Assembly (NCBI GenBank): GCA_964016885.1
Contig: OZ024757.1
Coordinates: 5,146,001 to 5,210,000 of the forward strand
Direction of reading: 5' to 3'
Origin: Eledone cirrhosa
Taxonomy: Eukaryota
Length of the DNA: 64,000 bases
Positions 1 to 64,000 of the stretch are shown here, piece by piece. Position 1 is the first letter of the stretch; every line of letters begins with the position of its first letter. A program made the position numbers and the translations under genes. A model generated the notes under the pieces. The model was not told the origin of the DNA. It worked only from the letters and a program-made list of their open reading frames with translations, and did not search any database.

Positions 1-126
1 GAATATCTATTTTGTTAATATTTTGAATTAATATATATATATATATATGCATATAAACAGAAAATGATGAACAAACAAAACACACTTATCAACATTATTT
101 ATTCTTTACATAATGTTTCATACATA

Positions 127-297
127 ATCTAACACAGTGAATTTTAAAATAAATAAATAAATGTATAAATATATTTAAAATGTGTGGAAGTATTAATGAA
201 TTTTATCTTCCATTTGTCGATATCTCGACTCCCTTCTCTTTCAATCTCTCGCTCCCTCTCTCTTTCTATCTACCCTTCACAACCCCTCCCACTCATT
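127..297 (+). repeat. left arm of an imperfect inverted repeat (partner 4492-4713)
   Basis: atctaacacag..ttttaaaataaat..gaagtattaatgaattttatc..gatat..ctctttcaatctctc.. matches the reverse complement of 4492-4713. Confidence 0.8.
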
Positions 298-829
298 CAC
301 TCTGGTGATTGATGTTGATGAAAGTAGGAGAGTGTGGAATGGTGTTCATGCTATCTTTCACAGAAACTCAAATGAAATTATGTATATTGTTAACGATGGA
401 AGGGATCGAATGATTTCAATCAGATGAAATGCTTTGAAAACGCTAAATATATCTGAGGACCCTGCGAATGTAGAGTCAGGTTGGATCTATAATAGATCCT
501 GCCTTGAGCTGATCATCGGAGAAACATATGTAATATGTTAACAAAATGTGTTTTGATGCATCACTGATTCCTCGTTATCTATAATATATATATATATATA
601 CACGAAAGGGTCAACAAACGTACCCCCCCAAAACAAGGTGCATCCCTTACTTTAGCAATCATCATCTGGTTTGCCAGCACTGTGGTCATAGTTGGAAAGA
701 ACAAACAAAATGTAGGTAAGGAACTCCAAGAGGAACTGAAGCACGATTGTAAGGAGAGAAGTAAACAAGAACATGTAAAGAAGGAAAAATAAAAATAGAT
801 ATAAAGAAAACAGATTTTTTAAAAAGTGA

Positions 830-3800
830 AAATAAAGGGGTAGGAAGGGGTGTATAGGTCGAGGATGGCAAGTGTGTATAGCAGTGGGTGGAGGCGAAGA
901 GAAAGGTTGGGGAAGATAGAAAATGAGAGTCTGGGCAGGGATGGTGGAAGGTAAGGTGTATGTGTAGAAGAGGTCGATGGTATCATGAGGTAAAGATAAA
1001 GCTGGAGCGAGAGTAAAATGGTAATGAGGAAGTGAAATGGCAGTGTGGCACACGCAACCGGAAGTAGTGGTCGTTTCGGGAGAGTGGGAGCAGAGGGTGG
1101 TGTTGGAAGGACGGGGGGTGACGGGTATGAGGGGTTTTGTGGGGGTGGAGCGTGGAGGGTGACGCGTGTGGGGGTTAAGTGGGGGTGGAGCGTGGGGGTG
1201 ACGAGTGTGGGGGTAAAGTGTGGGTTAAGTGGGGGTTAAGTGGGAGTAGATAGGGGGGTGCCGGGTGTGAGGTGTTAAGTGGGGGCTTAAGTGGGAGTGG
1301 AGGGGGGTACAGGGGAGAGGGGTTAAGTGTGGGTGTGTGGTAGGTGGTGAGGGTGTAAGTGGGGGTGGATGGGTGGGGCTACTGGGTGTGAGGGGTTAAG
1401 TGTGGGTGAGGGTAGGGGCGACGGATGTGAGGGTTAAGTTGGGGTGGATGGTGGGGGATTAAGTGGGGCTGGGGGATGGGGGATCACGTGGGGGTGTGGG
1501 TGGAGGGGTGGTGGTGCGGGGGGGGTTACGTGGGGGTGTAGGGGTGAGGTAGGTGATAGGGGTTAGTTGGGTGGCGATGTGTGGGTGTGTGTGAGTAGAG
1601 GTTAGTATTAGTTTAGGGGAAGGGGAAGGTATGGGTGGTAGGGTGGCGGTGGAGGGGTGGGGGTTAGATGTGTGAGGGGTTAAGTGGGGGTGTAGGGGTT
1701 TAATGGGGTTTGTTGGGTAGAGGCTAGTTGGGTGGCGATGTGTGGGTGTGTGTGAGTAGAGGTTAGTATTAGTTTAGGGGAAGGGGAAGGTATGGGTGTT
1801 GGGGCGGTGTGGAGGGGTAGGGGTGACGGGTGTGAGGGGTTAACTAGGGTGTAGGGGTGGGGTAGGTGTTAAGGGGGTTAGTTGGGTGGAGGTTAGTTGG
1901 GTGGCGAGGTGTAGGTGTGTGTGAGTAGAGGTTAGTATTAGTTTAGGGGAAGGGGAAGGTATGGGTGGTGGGAACGTGTTGGTAGGGTGGGGGCGAAGGT
2001 GGGGTGAAGGTGATGAGTGTGTGGAGTTGGGTGGGGTGGGGTAGGGCAGGTGGTAAGGGGGTTAGTTGGGTTGTGAGGTGTGGGTGTGTGTGAGTAGAGG
2101 TTAGTATTAGTTTAGGGGAAGGGGAAGGTATGGGTGGTGGGGCGGTGTTGGGTTAGGTTGGGGTGGTTAAGTGGGGGGTGGAGGGGTAGGTGGTGGTGGA
2201 GGGGTTAGATGGCGGTGCAGGCGTTGGGTGGAGGTGTTAGGTGGTGGTGGAAGGATTAGGTGGTGGTGGAGGGGTTTGGTGGGTGTGGAGGTGTTAGGTG
2301 GTGGTGGAAGAATTAGGTGGTGGGGGAGGGGTTTGGTGGGTGTGGAGGGGTGAGATGTGAGTGGAGGGATTAGGTGGTGGTGGAGGGGTTTGGTGGGTGT
2401 GGAGGGGTTAGGTATGGGTGGAGGTGTTAGGTGGTGGTGGAGGGATTAGGTGGTGGTGGAGGGGTTTGGTGGGTGTGGAGGGGTTAGATGTGGGTGTAGG
2501 GGTTTGGTGGGGGTGGAGGGATTAGGTGGGGCTGGAGGGGTTAGATATGGGTGTAGGGGTTTGGTGGGGGTGGAGGGATTAGGTGGGGCTGGAGGTGTTT
2601 GGTGGGTGTGGAAGGGTTAGATATGGGTGTAGGGGTTTGGTGGGGGTGGAGGGATTAGGTGGGGCTGGAGGGGTTTGGTGGGTGTGGAGGGGTTAGATAT
2701 GGGTGTAGGGGTTTGGTGGGGGTGGAGGGATTAGGTGGGGCTGGAGGGGTTTGGTGGGTGTGGAAGGGTTAGATATGGGTGTAGGGGTTTGGTGGGGGTG
2801 GAGGGATTAGGTGGGGCTGGAGGGGTTTGGTGGGTGTGGAAGGGTTAGATATGGGTGTAGGGGTTTGGTGGGGGTGGAGGGATTAGGTGGGGCTGGAGGG
2901 GTTTGGTGGGTGTGGAGGGGTTAGATATGGGTGTAGGGGTTTGGTGGGGGTGGAGGGATTAGGTGGGGCTGGAGGGGTTTGGTGGGTGTGGAAGGGTTAG
3001 ATATGGGTGTAGGGGTTTGGTGGGGGTGGAGGGATTAGGTGGGGCTGGAGGGGTTTGGTGGGTGTGGAAGGGTTAGATATGGGTGTAGGGGTTTGGTGGG
3101 GGTGGAGGGATTAGGTGGGGCTGGAGGGGTTTGGTGGGTGTGGAAGGGTTAGATATGGGTGTAGGGGTTTGGTGGGGGTGGAGGGATTAGGTGGGGCTGG
3201 AGGGGTTTGGTGGGTGTGGAAGGGTTAGATATGGGTGTAGGGGTTTGGTGGGGGTGGAGGGATTAGGTGGGGCTGGAGGGGTTTGGTGGGTGTGGAGGGG
3301 TTAGATGTGGGTGGAGGTGTTAGGTGGTGGTGGAGGGATTAGGTGGGGCTGGAGGGGTTAGATGTAGGTGGAGGTGTTAGGTGGTGGTGGAGGGATTAGG
3401 TGGGGCTGGAGGGGTTTGGTGGGTGTGGAGGGGTTAGATATGGGTGTAGGGGTTTGGTGGGGGTGGAGGGATTAGGTGGGGCTGGAGGGGTTTGGTGGGT
3501 ATGGAGGGGTTAGATGTAGGTGGAGGTGTTAGGTGGTGGTGGAGGGATTAGGTGGGGCTGGAGGGGTTTGTGGTGGGTGTGGAAGGGTTAGATATGGGTG
3601 TAGGGGTTTGGTGGGGGTGGAGGGATTAGGTGGGGCTGGAGGGGTTTGGTGGGTGTGGAGGGGTTAGATGTAGGTGGAGGTGTTAGGTGGTGGTGGAGGG
3701 ATTAGGTGGGGCTGGAGGGGTTTGGTGGGTGTGGAGGGGTTAGATATGGGTGTAGGGGTTTGGTGGGGGTGGAGGGATTAGGTGGTGGTGGAGGGGTTTG

Positions 3801-4450
3801 GTGGGTGTGGAGGGGTTAGATGTGGGTGGAGGTGTTAGGTGGTGGGGGAAAGATTAGGTGGTGGTGGAGGGGTTTGGTGGGTGTGGAGGGGTTAGATGTG
3901 GGGGTGGATGGATTATGTGGGGCTGGAGGGGTCTCAGAGGTGGGTGGTGGTGGTTGGGAGGAAGGAGAAGAGATCATGGTTGAGGTTATGGATGAAAAGA
4001 AGGATGGAGCTGGTGAGGGGGGGGGGAGTGGAGTTGAGGTGAAGAAGGGTTTGGGGTAGGTTGTGGTCGAGGTTGCGGGTGTAGAGAGGGAGAAGCGGAT
4101 TGAGACGTGCACGAGGAGATGGGAGGAGCGGAGTGAGACACGTATGAGGAGACGGGTGGGGCGGGTAAGGATGTGTTGGGTTGGGAGTAATGAGAGGGGG
4201 GAGGCGTGGAAATGGAGCCGAAATCCGGGGAGATGAGGAGTAGATGGAGGCAGCGGATGTGGCTGGAATGCTGGGTCTTAGCAAAGAAGAGGTAGGAGAG
4301 TTAGAGGGAGGGTTGGAGGTAGCAGGGAGGGAGGAGAAGTGTGAGGTGGTGTTTGAAGTGGGTGTGGAGTTGGTGGAGGATGGATTACAGGTTAGGCATT
4401 GTAGGGACGGGGAGTGGAAAAGGGGTGTCCAAAGGGGAGACGGTAGTTAA
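830..4450 (-). mobile_element. degenerate Penelope-like retroelement remnant, interrupted by a G-rich satellite
   Basis: Minus-strand fragments with stops and frameshifts: HSSHIRCL..PGFRLHFH near 4270-4200 resembles the PLE N-terminal region; LPVA..CHFTSS and QTLIFYL near 1065-915 resemble the GIY-YIG C-terminus. Recognised by eye only. Confidence 0.35.
1130..3935 (+). repeat. G-rich satellite; 19-bp monomers forming a 76-bp higher-order repeat at ~2540-3800
   Basis: Unit ggttagatatgggtgtagg-ggtttggtgggggtggagg-gattaggtggggctggagg-ggtttggtgggtgtggaag recurs at 76-bp spacing (atatggg at 2621, 2697, 2773...). A ~75-bp block is also repeated 4x at ~1560-2140. Confidence 0.92.
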
Positions 4451-4491
4451 AAAAACAAAACGAAAAACAAATAAAAAAAACAGATGGAAAG

Positions 4492-4713
4492 CAATGAGGG
4501 GAGGGGTCGTGAGGGGTGGAGAGAAATGGAGAGCGAGAGTGAGAGAGAGAGTGAGAGGGAGATAGATAGAAAGAGAGAGTGAGAGGGAGAGAGATTGAAA
4601 GAGAGAGGACCGAAATATCGAAAAATGGTGGATAAAATTCATTAGTACTTCCTCAGATTTTCCCTATATTTCTACATTTATCCATTTATTTTAAAATGAA
4701 CTGTGTTAGATAT
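4492..4713 (-). repeat. right arm of the inverted repeat; overlaps the predicted 3' UTR/polyA signal
   Basis: Reverse complement reads atctaacacagttcattttaaaataaatgg..gaagtactaatgaattttatcc..ctctttcaatctctc.. Confidence 0.8.
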
Positions 4714-4831
4714 CAAATCAGTTAATATTTGAAATAATTTACAGTGGTAGATTCTCTGTACGTTTGAAATGTTTTTTTCTCCTAAAATATCCCATATTTA
4801 CTCTATGTTCACTAATAGTAGACAGAGGTTT

Positions 4832-63865
<59,034 letters not shown>

Positions 63866-64000
63866 CTGGAAGAAATATGGAAGAAAATAATAGGAATGCA
63901 AGAAGCTTTTCTTGGGAAGAGTTTGTTATCAATTTGAAGAAATGTTAGAATAAGACGTTGTATTTTGAATTACCTAGACCCATTTAGTTATATATGGGCT

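Noticed and set aside
1130-3935. True telomere array
   Set aside because: Only scattered GGGTTAG-like words; no (TTAGGG)n run.
1045-4450. Pro-rich or Gly-rich extensin-like protein in the G-rich region
   Set aside because: The 19/76-bp periodicity is not a multiple of 3, and stops recur.

Overview
Eukaryotic, AT-rich, microsatellite-rich DNA. The SINE families point to an octopus/cephalopod genome (inference). The supplied ORF track is almost entirely spurious. The main hidden structure is a minus-strand spliced gene buried in a ~52-kb tandem array of ~1.40-1.55 kb units (11.6-64 kb). Each unit carries two symmetric phase-1 micro-exons: A (66 nt, ~IISPVENLVSQPGITIDTVSNE) and B (60 nt, ~[20 protein letters not shown]), with canonical AG/GTAAG splice sites. 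They lead into three older 63-nt exons (9093-9031; 6447-6385 with a GC donor; 5838-5776) and a terminal exon (4896-4832). I count 26 A and 31 B copies with intact GT/AG, plus 9 A copies whose donor is lost. The 5' end of the gene lies beyond the window. The introns carry type I hammerhead-ribozyme motifs in retrozyme-like repeats, Helitron-type and SINE insertions, a 96-bp minisatellite and a long hairpin. Positions 0.1-4.7 kb hold a G-rich (G4-prone) 19/76-bp satellite inside a degenerate Penelope-like remnant, bracketed by an inverted repeat.
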